From positions 7,566,001 to 7,630,000 of the forward strand of contig CM075995.1 in assembly GCA_038087875.1 (NCBI GenBank): 64,000 bases of DNA. The letters are read 5' to 3'. The notes under the pieces were generated by a model. It ran no database searches. It was not told the origin of the DNA and saw only the letters and a program-made list of their open reading frames with translations. Source of the stretch: Malacoraja senta. Taxonomy: Eukaryota. This document shows positions 12,470 to 26,014 of this stretch, piece by piece. The translations under genes and the position numbers were made by a program. The stretch's first letter is position 1; every line of letters begins with the position of its first letter.

Positions 12470-13200
12470 GGTTTTGTTTATTTTATTAGAAGTTAATACA
12501 ATACAAAACAATACAGTGGCACCTAATTTTAGGTGCCAACTATGTCATAACGTAATGCATTCTATGTACAACCTCTAGTTTTATGTTCTTGAAAAGGAGG
12601 TAAAAAATAAAAAAAAGGAAAGAAAAAAAAAATTAGAGAAAAGAAAGAGGAAAAATAAATAGTAGAAAATAGAAAAACGTGAAGTGTGTATATAAGAAAA
12701 TAAAAAATAGAAAGTAGAAATAGTAGAAAAAGACCCTTAAAAAAGAAATTTTCAAATCTTTCTTTGGAGATGTAAATCTATCCACGACCTGACCTGAAAT
12801 CAGTAATCTTTACGGTACTGCTGCATCACATGATGCCAAAAAGTCGATGAAAGGGGACCAACTCCTTAAGAATTGGTCATATTTATCTATTAGGCGGAGT
12901 CTCATTTCTTCAAGGTGTGCTATGTCCGTCATATTCCTAATCCACATTTTAATAGTTGGTATAGCTGTATTTTTCCAAAATTTAAGTATCAATTTCTTTC
13001 CAATTATTAACCCATAATTAAAGAATACTTTTTGGTCTTTGTTTAAATTGATATCTTCTAATATTATTCCAAATATAATCCATTCCATATTAGGTTCTAT
13101 TCTTGACTTGAAGAGCTTTGTAAATATATCAAATATATCGCTCCAAAATGTATTCAACTTTGTACATCCTACAAATGAATGTGTTATATTGGCATTTTTA
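12470..13200 (-). mobile_element. L1/Tx1-clade LINE 3' end
   Basis: HSFVGC...FWSDIF...IIFG...KKLILKFWK...W.PF ORF2 C-terminus and an A-rich tail. Related pieces at about 24716-25070 and 43560-44140. Confidence 0.75.
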
Positions 13201-15101
13201 ACTAGATCAGTTAACTGCTTAAGAAGGGTTTCGGCCCGAAACGTTACCTATTTCCTTCGCTCCATAGATGCTGCTGCACCCGCTGAGTTTCTCCAGCATT
13301 TTTGGGTACCTTCAGTTAACTGCTTAACTGATCTAGTTAAATGCTTAACCAGCTCAGTAAAGCATTTGGTCGGCATGGATGAGTAGAGCTGAAGAATCCG
13401 TCTCCGTGCTCTATCACTGGGTGACTGTCATTCTTCCCTAAAGGCCCCTTCAGCACAAGATTATTAATTAACATTTTGAATCAGAAGTTGCGTGTTCTCT
13501 GGTTGGTGCTTCTGTATAGTGGCCTAGAAATGTATCTTGAATAGAGTCATACAGCGTGGAAACAGGCGCAACTTGCCCACATCGACCAACATGATAGAGC
13601 TCTAGGGGCTAAGGGATATGGGGAGAAGACAGGCACGGGTTACTGATTGTGGATGATCAGCCATGATCACAATGAATGGCGGTGCTGGCTCAAAGGGCCA
13701 AATGGCCTCCTCCTGCACCTATTTTCTATGTTTTCTATCTACGCTAGTCCAACCTGCCGGTGTTTGGCCCATATCTCTCTAAATCTGTCGTATACATGCC
13801 TTTCTAATTGCTTCTTAAACTTAAAGTACCTACCTCAACTACTTCCTCTGACAGCTCATTACATGTGCCCACCATCCTTTGTGTAAAAAAAAAAGTTACC
13901 TCTCAGGTTCCTATTAATATGAAATTAAATGAATATACACTATTAATTTGTCATTCACTCAATCGGTGCTAATTTGGTTCCAAGATGATTCAGGGCCAGT
14001 TTCTTCCCAGCTGTTATTGGGCAATTGAACCATCCTACCAACAACTAGAGAGCGGTCCTGAGCTACTATCGACCTCATTTGGAGACCCTCGGACTATCTT
14101 TGATCGGACCTTACTGGAATTTATCTTGCACTCAATGTTATTCATGTTATTCCCTTTATCATGTAATCGTACACTGCGGGTGGCTTGATTGTAATCATAT
14201 GTTGTCTTTCCGCTGACTGGTTAGCACGCAACAAAAGAAACATTTCACTGTACCTCTGCACACGTGTCGATAAACTGAACTCAAAACTCCAGAAGTGGAT
14301 TAGTATCTCTCACATCCTACCCTCATGATTATCCTGTTACCCCTGTTATGATTACACAAGACTACATTTGGAGCACTGTGCGCTTCTGGTCACTCTGCTA
14401 CAGAGAGGATGTCACTTCGCTGGAAAGGGTGAAGAAATGATTCACTAGGATGTTACGAGAACTTGAGGGCTTGAGTTATAAGGATAGGCGTGGTGACCTG
14501 GGTGAGGCGATCAGTGTCAACCAGCATCAGGTCATGTGATGGGAGTAGAATTAGGCCATTCAGCCCATCAAGTCTACTCCGCCATTCAATCATGGCTGAT
14601 CTATCGTAGACACAAAATGCTGGAGTAACTCAGCGGGTGAGGCAGCAGCTACAGAGAGAAGGAATTGGCGACGTTTCAGGTCGAGACCTTTCTTCAGGGT
14701 CTCGACCTGAAACATCGCCAATTCCCTCTCATAGAAACATAGAAAATAGGTGCAGGAGGAGGCCATTCGGCCCTTCGAGCCAGCACCGCCATTCATTGTG
14801 ATCATGGCTGATCGTGCCCTATCAATAACCTGTGCCTGCCTTCTCCCCATATCCCTTGACTCCACTAGCCCCATGAGCTCTATCTAACTCTCTCTTAAAT
14901 CCATCCAGTGACTTGGCCTCCACTGCCCTCTCTCCATAGATGCTGCCTCACCCGCTGAGTTACTCCAGCATTTTGTGTCTACCTTCGATTTACCAGCATC
15001 TGCAGTTCTTTCTTAAACATGGCTGATCTATCTCTCCCTCCGAACCCCATTCTCCTGCCTTCTCCCCATTACCTCTGACACCTGTACTAATCAAGAATCT
15101 A

Positions 15102-16719
15102 CAGTGGCTTGCAAAAGTATTCATACCCCTTGAACTTTTCCACATTTTGTCACATTACAACCACAAACGTAAATGTATTTTATTGGGATTTTATGTGATA
15201 GACCAACACAAAGTGGCGCATAATTGTGAAGTGGAAGGAAAATGATACATGGTTTTCAAATTTTTTTACAAATAAAAAACTGAAAAGTGTCGCGTGCAAA
15301 AGTATTCAGCCCCCTTTACTCTGATACCCCTAAATAAAATCCAGTGCAACCAATTGCCTTCAGAAGTCACCTAATTAGTAAATAGAGTCCACTTGTGTGT
15401 AATCTAATCTCAGTATAAATACAGCTGTTCTGTGAAGGCCTCAGAGGTTTGTTAGAGAACATTAGTGAACAAACAGCATCATGAAGCCCAAGGAACACAC
15501 CAGACAGGTCAGGGATAAAGTTGTGGAGAAGTTTAAAGCAGGGTTAGGTTATAAACAAATATCCCAAGCTTTGAACATCTCACGGAGCACTGTTCAATCC
15601 ATCATCCGAAAATGGAAAGAGTATGGCACAACTGCAAACCTACCAAGACATGGCCGTCCACCTAAACTGACAGGCCGGGCAAGGAGAGCATTGATCAGAG
15701 AAGCAGCCAAGAGGCCCATGGTAACTCTGGAGGAGCTGCAGAGATCCACAGCTCAGGTGGGAGAATCTGTCCACAGGACAACTATTAGTCGTGCACTTCA
15801 CAAATCGGGCCTTTATGGAAGAGTGGCAAGAAGAAAGCCATTGTTGAAAAAAAGCCATAAGAAGTCCCGTTTGCAGTTTGCCACAAGCCATGTGGGGGAC
15901 ACAGCAAACATGTGGAGGAACGTGCTCTGGTCAGATGAGACCAAAATTGAAGTTTTTGGCCTAAATGCAAAACGCTATGCGTGGCGGAAACCTAACACTG
16001 CACATCACCCTGAACACACCATCCCCACTGTGAAACATGGTGGTGGCAGCATCATGCTGTGGGGATGCTTTTCTTCAGCAGGGACAGGGAAGCTGGTCAG
16101 AGTTGATGGGAAGATGGATGGAGCCAAATACAGGGCAATCTTGGAAGAAAACCTGTTAGAGTCTGCAAAAGACTTGAGACTGGGGCGGAGGTTCACCTTC
16201 CAGCAGGACAACGACCCTAAACATACAGCCAGAGCTACAATGGAATGGTTTAGATCAAAGCATATTCATGTGTTAGAATGGCCTGGTCGAAGTCAAGACC
16301 TAAATCAAATTGAGAATCTCTGGCAAGACTTGAAAATTGCTGTTCACAGACGCTTTCCATTAAATCTGACTGAGCTTGAGCTATTTTGCAAAGAAGAATG
16401 GGCATAAATTTCAGTCTCTAGATGTGCAAAGCTGGTAGAGACATACCCCAAAAGACTTGCAGCTGTAATTGCAGCGAAAGGTGGTTCTACAAAGTATTGA
16501 CTCAGGGGGGCTGAATACTTTTGCACGCGACACTTTTCAGTTTTTTATTTGTAAAAAAAATTGAAAACCATGTATCATTTTCCTTCCACTTCACAATTAT
16601 GCACCACAATTATGCACAACTATCACATAAAATCCCAATAAAATACATTTACGTTTGTGGTTGTAACGTGACAAAATGTGGAAAAGTTCAAGGGGTATGA
16701 AAACCTTTGCAAGCCACTG
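15102..16719 (+). mobile_element. Full-length Tc1 DNA transposon (DD34E, IR/DR type, Passport-like)
   Basis: TA TSD at 15100-15101 and 16720-16721. Long TIRs starting CAGTGGCTTGCAAA. Central transposase ORF. Confidence 0.96.
15481..16500 (+). pseudogene. Tc1 transposase with one premature TAA (16405-16407)
   Basis: PAI-RED HTH with GRPPK, then WSDETK, QQDNDPKH and DLNQIEN (34 residues between D and E). The frame continues ISVSRCAKLVETYPKRLAAVIAAKGGSTKY* to 16500. Confidence 0.92.
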
Positions 16720-16951
16720 TATCTATCTCTGCCTTAGCATCTGCAGTTCCTTCCTACACACTTACGGTCTTGAGGCATAAGTTCAATACAAGAAGCAAAC
16801 CAGAGTACTCCTTAACAATATTCATCAATAATTTTGAATACCATTTATCAAAATTGATACAGCTGTGTTATCTCCTCCCGGTTAAGTTCCCATGAATTTT
16901 ACCCAATTACCCAACTTTCTTCTTAGTCTTTTGCTGTTGTTTCTCTTTCAG

Positions 16952-17055
16952 GTTTCAGCACTATGCAATCGGAGGTTGTGGTAGCCACACTGCTGAGAAT
17001 CATGAATTCCAATATGGAAATCACACACAAAGACATGGCCACCAAAATTCAACAA
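16952..17055 (+). CDS. MCUR1: MCUR1 coding exon, 104 nt (GFSTMQSEVVVATLLRIMNSNMEITHKDMATKIQQ)
   Basis: AG/GT boundaries (CTTTCAG|, |GTAAGC), phase 1 to 0. Matches the recalled CCDC90 sequence GF..QQAE..V..L....NM...KDM.TK.QQ. Confidence 0.93.
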
Positions 17056-18109
17056 GTAAGCCAGCAGCTAAAATTAAACCATCACATTTACCACAGCTAG
17101 GTACGAAACGCTGGAGCAACTCAGCGGGTCAGACAGCATCTCTGGAGGAAAGGGATAGGTGACATTTCCGGTCACGAAACGTCAGCTATTCATTTTCTCC
17201 AGAGATGCTGTCTGTCCCGCTGAGTTACGCCAGCATTTTGTGTCTATCTGCAGTTCCTTCCTACACATTTACCACAGCTATTGGAAATTGTACAAAAACA
17301 GAAAACACTGGGTCAGTGAACAATAGTTTAAAAAATGCATATCAAGTTAACTGCCTTGTTTTTCCGTTGGATGCTAACTTGTCAGCTGAGCATCTGTGGT
17401 ATTTTCCATTTTGTGCCTGCCCCAGCGATATGGTTAGTAGAGAATTGTTCATAAGTTCATAAATTATAGGAGCAGAATTCGGCCGTTGTGCCCGTCAAGT
17501 CTACTCCGCCATTTAATCATTGCTGATCTATTTTTGCCATTCAACTGCATTCTCCTGCTTTCTCCCCATACGGCTTGACACCTGTACTAATCAAGAATCA
17601 AGCAATCTCCGCCTTAAGAATATCCATTGATGGCCTCCACAGCCTTCTGTGGCAATGAATTCCACAGACTCTCCAGTCTTCCCTCCCATTCCCAACCTGA
17701 CTATTCTGTCCTGGGCCTCCTCCATTGTCAGAGTGAGGCCCAGCACAAATTTGAGGAACTGCACCTCATATTTCACTTGGGCAGCTTACACCCCAGCGGC
17801 AAGACATTGACTTCTCTAACTTCACTGTGGAATTCTCTGCCTCAGAGGGCGGTGGAGGCCGGTTCTCTGGATGCTTTCAAGAGAGAGCTAGATAGGGCTC
17901 TTAAAAATAGCGGAATCAGGGGATATGGGGAAAAGGCAGGAACGGGGTACTCATTGGCCATGATCACATTGAATGGCGGTGCTGGCTTGAAGGGCCGAAT
18001 GGCCTACTCCTGCACCTATTGTCTATTATTTAATTTTCCAAAACAATACATTGCAAGTTAAAAATCTCTCAATGACTATTTGAAGGATTATTCCTCGATG
18101 CTTATTATA

Positions 18110-19035
18110 GTGTTCCATTCCAGGACATCCGCGATATCCTCATTCTTTAGGGAACGGGGATTCCCCTCTTTTATCATTGATGAGGCCCTCACTCTCATCC
18201 CATCTTCTCATCTCCATCCCTTTCTGCCTTCCGCAGAGAACGTTCCCTCCACAACTCCCTGGTCAACTCCTGTGCCTTCTCACTCAAACCACCCCCCTCC
18301 CCAGGTATCTTCCCATGCAACCACAGGAGACGCAACACCCCTCCCCATACCTCCTCCCTCGACTCTGTCCAGGGACCCCGACAGTCCTTTCCGGTTAGGC
18401 AGAAGTTCACTTGCTCCTCCTCCAACCTCATCTACTGTTTCCGTCGTTCCGGGTTTGGACACTTATACATCGGCGAGCCCAAATGTAGACTGGGCGATTG
18501 TTTCGTTGAACACCTTTGCTCAGTCCGCATGGGCCTACGTGATCTCCCAGTTGCCAAACACTTTAACTCCCCCTCCCATTCCCACACTGACCTGTCTGTC
18601 CTGGGCCTCCTCCATTGTCAGAGTGATGCCAAAATGCAAATTGGGGGAACAGCACCTTGTATTTCGCTTGGGCAGCTTACAGCCCAGTGGTATGAATATT
18701 GATTTCTCTACCTCCAAGTAACCCTTGCATCCCCTCTCTCTCTCCATCTCCCCCCACCCTAGTCCTTGTACTAGTTTCACTATCGTCTTGGTGAGTCTCG
18801 TAGTCTGTAACTCGGTTTCATCTAGCGCACAGCGAACAATGGCCTGTTTTATCATTGTTACAATTTTTGCATTTCTTTCATTCCTTTGTTCTGTATCTCT
18901 CTATATTACCACCTATGTCCCTTGTTTCCCTCTCCCCCGACTAGTCGGAAGAAGGGTCTCAACCTGAAACATCACCTATTCCTTTCCTCCAGAGATGCTG
19001 TCTGACTCGCTGAGTTACTCCAGCTTTTTGTGTCC
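18110..19035 (+). mobile_element. Penelope fragment with terminal repeat
   Basis: Degenerate homologue of 6120-7420, ending in a GAAGAAGGGTCTCAACCTGAAAC terminal repeat. Confidence 0.8.
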
Positions 19036-19351
19036 ACTGTTTTGGTTTCTGGTTAATCTGTTTAAATGGCCCACCTGTATTCCAGTCATAGGGTGGTGGG
19101 TGTATGGAAGGAGCTGCCAGAGGAGGTAGTTGAGGCAGGGGACCATCACAGCAATTAGAGACGTAAATGGATGGGACGGGTTTAGAGGGATATGGGCCAA
19201 ATGCAGGCAGGTGGGACTAGTGCAGATGGGGCATGTTGATCGGTGTTGGCAAGTTGGGCCGATGGGCCTGTTTCCACGCTGTATGATTCTATTTGCATTG
19301 AAATTATGATATGTCTTGCATTAAATATTTCTGTTGTGATTTTAATTTCAG

Positions 19352-19453
19352 GAGATGATGCTTCAACATATTATGTCACACATAGCAGCTGTGAAGAAAG
19401 ACATGATCATATTAGAAAAGAGTGAGTTTTCAGCATTACGAGCAGCAAATGAG
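19352..19453 (+). CDS. MCUR1: MCUR1 coding exon, 102 nt ([34 protein letters not shown])
   Basis: AG/GT boundaries. Contains the conserved [16 protein letters not shown] motif. Confidence 0.95.
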
Positions 19454-19539
19454 GTGAGCTTGTGTCATTTTGAAACTGGATTCCTACATCAGTAAGGTAT
19501 AGGACACTGGGATCTCAGCAATGGAAAATAACCACCATT

Positions 19540-20295
19540 GCAGATTATTATCTGAATGGTGTCAAGTTGGGAAAAGGGGAAAAGTACAACGAGATCTGGG
19601 GGATCCTTGTTCATCAGTCATTGAAAGTAAGCATGCAGGTACAGCAGGCAGTGAAGAAAGCGAATGGCATGTTTGGACTTCATAACAAGAGGAGTTGAGT
19701 ACAGGAGCAAAGAGGTACTTCTGCAGTTGTACAGGGCGCTAGTGAAACCGCACCTGGAGTATTGTGTGCAGTTTTGGTCCCCTAATTTGAGGAAGGACAT
19801 TCTTGCTATTGAGGGAGTGCAGCGTAGGTTTACAAGGTTAATTCCGGGATGGCGGGACTGTCATGTGTTGATTGAATGGAGCGACTGGGCTTGTATACTC
19901 TGGAGTTTAGAAAGATGAGAGGGGATCTTTTTGAAACATATAAGATTATTAAGGGATTGGACACGCTAGAGGCAGGAAACATGTTCCCAATGTTGGGGGA
20001 GTCCAGAACCAGGGGCCACAGTTTAAGAATAAGGGGTGGGCCATTTAGAACGGAGATGAGGAAAAACTTTTTCAACCAGAGAGTTCTGAATCTGTGGAAT
20101 TCTCTGCCTCAGAGGGCGGTGGAGGCCAATTCTCTGGATGCTTCAAGAGAGAGTTAGATATAGCTCTTAAAGATAGCGGAGTCAGGGGATATGGGGAGAA
20201 GGCAGGAACGGGGTACTGATTGTGGATGATCAGCCATGATCACAGTGAATGGGGTGTGGGCCGAATGGCCTGCTCTTGCACCCATTGTCTATTAT
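19540..20295 (+). mobile_element. CR1 3' fragment
   Basis: KPHLEYCVQFWSPNL...WNSLPQRAVEA plus 3' UTR. Confidence 0.88.
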
Positions 20296-22024
20296 CACAG
20301 CGTGGCACAGTGGTGCAGCTGTAGAATTGTTGCCTTACAGTGCAAGAGACCCAGATTTACTCCTGACCTAGGAGTGCTGTCTGCACAGAGTTACGCCCTC
20401 TAGTGTTGGGTATTTCCCCCCTGTGAGAAAGATTCTGATCCTCCACCTTATCTAATAATTGTATATACTTCTATCAAATCTCCCCTCAATCTATTTGTCT
20501 CAAATCGATGCAATTTGTTTCTTTATGAAAATTAGATTTTTACTTGAGACTTTAGAGATACAGTGAGGAGACAGGCCCTTCGGCTCTCCGAGTCCGCACC
20601 AACCAGCGATCAACCCGTATCTCTTAAAGTCTAAAAATCAAATTTTCATAAAGAAACAAAGCTTAACCCACACGGTCACAGGGAGAACGTACAAAGTCCG
20701 TACAGACAACACCTGAGGTCAGGATCAAACCCGGGTCTCTGGCGCTGTAAGACAGCAACTCTACCGCTGCACCACCGTGCCGTCCAAAAGATGATTTAAC
20801 CAGGTTAAGAATGAAAAAAGTATTTTTGTATGGACTGAAAGCTGGTGGAGGTTTTTTTAATTTAAAGCCAAAGATCTATGGTTTAGGTTATTATTGCCAC
20901 GGTGTACCGAGATACAATGAAAAACTTTGTGTTGCATGCTATCCAAACAAATCTGATATTGAATTTGTAATTATAATTAATTTTATTAGCCAAGTATGTA
21001 AACATACAAGAATTTAATTTGCCAACTGTCATACGAAAAAAAGCAACAAGATACATACATAAAAATGAACATAAACTTAAACAGCCACCACAACGACGTG
21101 AGAATCCCCGGGGTTTCCCGGAGACCTCGCATTCCCCGCTGTGATGGAAGGCAATATAACTTGTATCTTCTTTCCTCCTTTTCTCCCGCGGTCGGAGTAA
21201 TCGAACCTCCGCAGTCGGGGCGATCGAAGCTCCCGTAGTCGGCGTAATACATACAATAGTCAATAGACAATAGGTGCAGGAGGAGGCCATTTGGCCCTTC
21301 AAGCCAGCATCGCCATTCAATGTGATCATGGCTGATCATCCCCAATCAGTACCCCGTTCCTGCCTTCTCCCCATATCCCCTGACTCCGCTATTTTTAAGA
21401 GCCCTATCTAGCTCTCTCTTGAAAGCATCCAGAGAACCTGCCTCCACCGCCCTCTGAGGCAGAGAATTCCACAGACTCACCACTCTCTGTGAGAAAAAGT
21501 GTTTCCTCGTCTCCGTTCTTAATGGCTTACTCCTTATTCTTAAACTGTGGCCCCTGGTTCTGGACTCCCCCAATATCGGGAACATGTTGTTTAAGAAGGA
21601 ACTGCAGATGCTGGAAAATCGAAGGTACACAAAAATGCTGGAGAATCTCAGCGGGTGCAGCAGCATCTATGGAGCGAAGGAAATAGGCAAAGTTTCGGGC
21701 CGAAACCCTTCTATATTATCATTGTCTGAAGAAGGGTTTCGGCCTGAAATGTTGCCTATTTCCTTCGCTCCATAGATGCTGCTGCACCCGCTGAGTTTCT
21801 CCAGCATTTTTGTGTACCATCGGGAACATGTTTCCTGCCTCTAGCGTGTCCAAGCCCTTAACAATCTCATATGTTTCAATATATGCACAATAAGTACAGT
21901 CATACATTAGTACAGTCAAGTCAAAACCCGGGTAGCTGAATGATAATGTTTTGGGAACTGTGTAAAATCAGAGCTGTGACTGGATTTCACGACATTAAAA
22001 AAAAATCTGACTTTTCTTTTTCAG

Positions 22025-22066
22025 AAACTGAAGATTGAATTGACACAATTACAGAAACAGTTAACC
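22025..22066 (+). CDS. MCUR1: MCUR1 coding exon, 42 nt (KLKIELTQLQKQLT)
   Basis: Polypyrimidine tract plus CAG|, donor |GTAAGT. Coiled-coil peptide in phase with neighbouring exons. Confidence 0.9.
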
Positions 22067-23089
22067 GTAAGTCCTTTTTGAGTGCATTGCAACGATACTG
22101 ATCACTGAGACTGAAACTTTTATATGTTAACTGCAGTTTTTTTAAAGAGTAATGGGTTTTAAATGTATTTCTATATTATCAGTCATTGTAGAGGAAACCA
22201 GGATGTTAAATATTTCTGAAAGAAGATGATTAGAGAACTTAGCAAATGCATGTTCTCTGTGTTCCTCTCTCCACTTGACCCCATCTCACTTCACATCTGA
22301 GCTCTGAGTTTGGAAACAGCCTCCGTCAGAGTCTTTATTTCACATCTCACATTCATGTGCGGCGCAACGTTAGAGTTTGTGTAAGAAAGAGCTGCAGATG
22401 CTGGTAAAATTGAAGGTAGACACAAATTGCTGGAGTAACTCAGCGGGTTAGGCAGCATCCATGGAGCGAAGGAATTGGCAAAGTTTCAGGTCGAGACCCT
22501 TCTTCAGACCAGCAACAACTGTAAGGCAGCAATGGTAGAGTTGCTGCCTCGCAGCACCGGAGACCCGGGTTCGATCCTGACTGTGGGTGCTGTATGTACG
22601 GAGTTTGTTCGTTCTCCCCGTGACCACGTGGGTTTTCTCCGGTTTCCTCCCACACTCCACAGATGTGTGGGTTTGTAGGTTAATTGGCTTCTGTAAATTG
22701 TCCCCGGTGTGTAGGATAAGGCTAGTGTGCGGGTGATCGATGGTTGGCGTGGACTCAGCGGACCAAAGGGCCTGTTTCCACGCTGTATCTCAAAATAAAA
22801 CTATGTGATAATTTGATGCGGTTCAATAATTTTTTTTGTGTACAGTATATGCTGCAGCATAGCATTCTCACAAATCATTAGAAAACTTGTACAGATCAAT
22901 AGGGTTTTGAATTTGGCAAGCACTTCTTGGGAATAGAATTTTAAATTTACCATAGGACTCTATTCCTTGGAGCGCAGGAGGACAAGGGGTAACCTTTAGA
23001 GGTGTACAATGTCATGAGAGGAATAGATCGGGTAGAAGCAGAAGAGTCTCTTGCCCAGAGTAGGGGAATCGAGAACCAGAGGACATAGG

Positions 23090-23880
23090 TTTTTTTATTT
23101 TTGTCTAGTTAAATGTAGTTGTTCGTGTTTTTTTTGTACTGTTTTTAACTGTGTATATGTGGGGGGCGGTGGGGGGGGAGGGGAAACGTTTTAGAATCTC
23201 TTCCCTGCACGGGAGACCCGACCTTTTCCCTGTCGGGTCTCCGTTGTCGTTGGGGCCTAGCACCGTGGAGCGGCCTCCAACCGGAACGACCTGGGGGCTC
23301 CAGTCGCGGAGCCTGCAGAGCTGCGGACTTACCATCGTGGGGCTGGCCGGCCTCGGAGCATGGGGAGCGGTGGTGGCGCGTTGCTGCTCACTCCGGAGCT
23401 CCAGCTGCAGCTGCAGGCCGGTGGACTGTGATATCGGGAGCTCGCGGGTCCAGGTGAGAGACCGCTTTCCGGAGCTCCCGCATCGCACCTTCTCCAGCCC
23501 GAGTCACGGGGTTGGAACGACCCGGAGCGGGGCCGTAAATCGCCCGGCGCGGCTTTAACAGCCGCGGGACATTCCAGCGCCCGCCGAGGGCTCCAACTTG
23601 TGACTTTTGGGCCCAGAGCGAGGATGTACATCGCCCCGCGCGGCCTCAGCGGCCGTGGGACTTGACATTGCCCGCCTGGGGCTTCAACATCGGGAGAAAA
23701 TTGGTGCAGGGGAGAGAAAAGTCTTTGCCTTCCATTACAGTGAGGAGGAGATTCACTGTGATGGATGTTTTTCTGTAAATTGAATTGTTTGTGTGTCGTG
23801 TAGGAATTGTTTTGTTTGTATGGCTGTGGAAACGGAGTTTCTTTTGAGCCTCTCTGAGGTTCAAACGACAAGTAATAAAA
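23090..23880 (+). mobile_element. GC-rich non-coding interspersed element with a LINE-like 3' tail
   Basis: Related to 26822-27270 (-), 21080-21245 (-) and 46378-49525 (+, split by CR1), sharing a 3' stem-loop. Confidence 0.6.
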
Positions 23881-26014
23881 TCTAATCTAGGTTTAAGGTG
23901 ATGGGGGAGAGATTTAATAGGAAACTGAGGGGTAACTTTTTCACACAAAAAGTGGTGGGTGTATGAATCGAGCTGCTGGAGGATTACATTTAAGAAACAT
24001 TTAGATGGGTATATGTATAGGACAGGTTAAGAGGGATATGGGCCAAACGCAGGCAGGTGGGACTAGTGTAGATGGGACGTGTTGGTCGGTGTGGGCAATT
24101 TGGGCCGAACAGCATTTTTCCACGCTGTCTGACTTTGACTCATTTTGATGTCAGGGAAACCTTTCCTGTTGTATGGCAGAGTATACGAATGTACAATCTA
24201 TTAAAGTGGAGCAAGTTCAGCACATAAATGTCAGTAGTCCTGACTGTGAAACCACGTTTGATGGATGGAAAGATACCGTGCGGAAAAAGGCCCTTCGGCA
24301 CAACGAGTCCATGCTGACCATCGATCACCCTTACACACTCGCATTATCCCACTTTCTCATCCCTCTCCACACACCGGGGGCAATGTAGAACAGCCAATGA
24401 ACCCGCAAACCCACATACCCTGGGAATGTGGGAGGAAACCGAAACACCCGGAGGAAACCCACTCAGTCAATAGACAATAGGTGCAGGAGTAGGCCATTCG
24501 GCCCTTCGAGCCATTCAATGTGATCATGGCTGATCATCTCCAATCAGTACCCCGTTCCTGCCTTCTCCCCATATCTCCTGACTCCGCTATTTTTAAGAGC
24601 CCTATCTAGCTCTCTCTTGAAAGCATCCAGAGAACCGGCCTCCACCACCCTCTGAGGCAGAGAATTCCACAGATTCACCACTCTGTGAGAAAAAGTGTTT
24701 CCTCATCTCCGTTCTTTTTAAAATATGTTTATTTTATTAGAAGTGAGTACAGTGATGTGGCACCAAGGTGCCTAATATATATTGGCAGGTTACATTTTAT
24801 GTACAGCTTCGTATTTATTTTTTTATAATAAAAGAGAGAAAGAGCGAATAGATAATAAAAAATAGAAAAACGTGTGATGTATGGTGTGTGAAAAGGAAAA
24901 GGGGGGAAAGAGGGAAAGTGGAAAAAAAAAGAAAGAGAAAAAGTAGAGAGTAGGAGATTATAGGAGATAGTTATTTATATTCTTGACCATCCCTCACCCA
25001 GTCCTGAAATAGTTGGTTTCTACGATTTTGTTGCACCATATGCTTCCAAGAAGTCGATAAATGGAGACCAACTCGTCTCCGTTCTAAATGGCTTACTCCT
25101 TATTCTTAAACTGTGTGGCCCCTGGTTCTGGACTCCCCCAACATCGGGAACATGTTTCATGCCTCTAGCGTGTCCAAACCCTTAACAATCTTATATGTTT
25201 CAATGAGATCCCCTCTCATCCTTCTAAACTCCAGAGTGTACAAGCCCAGCCGCTCCATTCTCTCAGCATATGACAGTCCCGCCATCCCGGGAATTAACCA
25301 CAGGGAGAAGGTGCAAACTCCGCACCGGCTGCACCCGTGGTCAGGATTGAACCCGGGTCTCTGGCGCTGTGAGGCAGCAACTCTACCAGCTGTGTTACCT
25401 GCTAACACGTATTTGCAGTTATTGTTACCTGCTTGATTGTCTCTGAATTCCAAAGCCCTGCAAGTTTCCACAAGACTAAAGTTTTCAAATGTGACATCAA
25501 TGGCATGTAGCTCAGGAACCAACAAAAAACAAAAGCTGAATTGTGCGGCATTTGGATGGTTTGCAGCGGTTAAGCAATTTGAGGTTTTGTTTACTCCGAT
25601 TAAAATGGTGCACTCATTTAAGTCTCTGCACCCAAAAATTTGTATTCACCACAATTGCAAGCTACTGTTTGAAGAAGTGCTAGTATAGAAGACAACCTTG
25701 TAAAAATCAGTGGGTTGCATGTTGGGGCGCCACAGTGGTGCAGCGTAGAGTTGCTGCCTTACAGCGCCAGAAGCCTTGGTTCGATCCTGACTGCGGGTTC
25801 TGTCGGTGTGGAGTCTGCACGTTCTCCCTGTGACTAAGTGGGTTTCATCCGAGTGCTCTGGTTTCGTCCCGAAGGCCCTTTGTGCCGAAGGGCCTTTTTC
25901 CACGCTGTATCTTTCAATCCATCAAAAGGGTACAGAGTCTGTAGGTTAATTAGCTTGGTATAAATGTAAATTGTCCCTAGTGTGCGTAGGAGAGTGTCAG
26001 TGTTGGCGCGGACC

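Noticed and set aside
22520..22600. tRNA-like sequences (A and B boxes)
   Set aside because: These are heads of V-domain SINEs and continue into SINE body. They are not tRNA genes.
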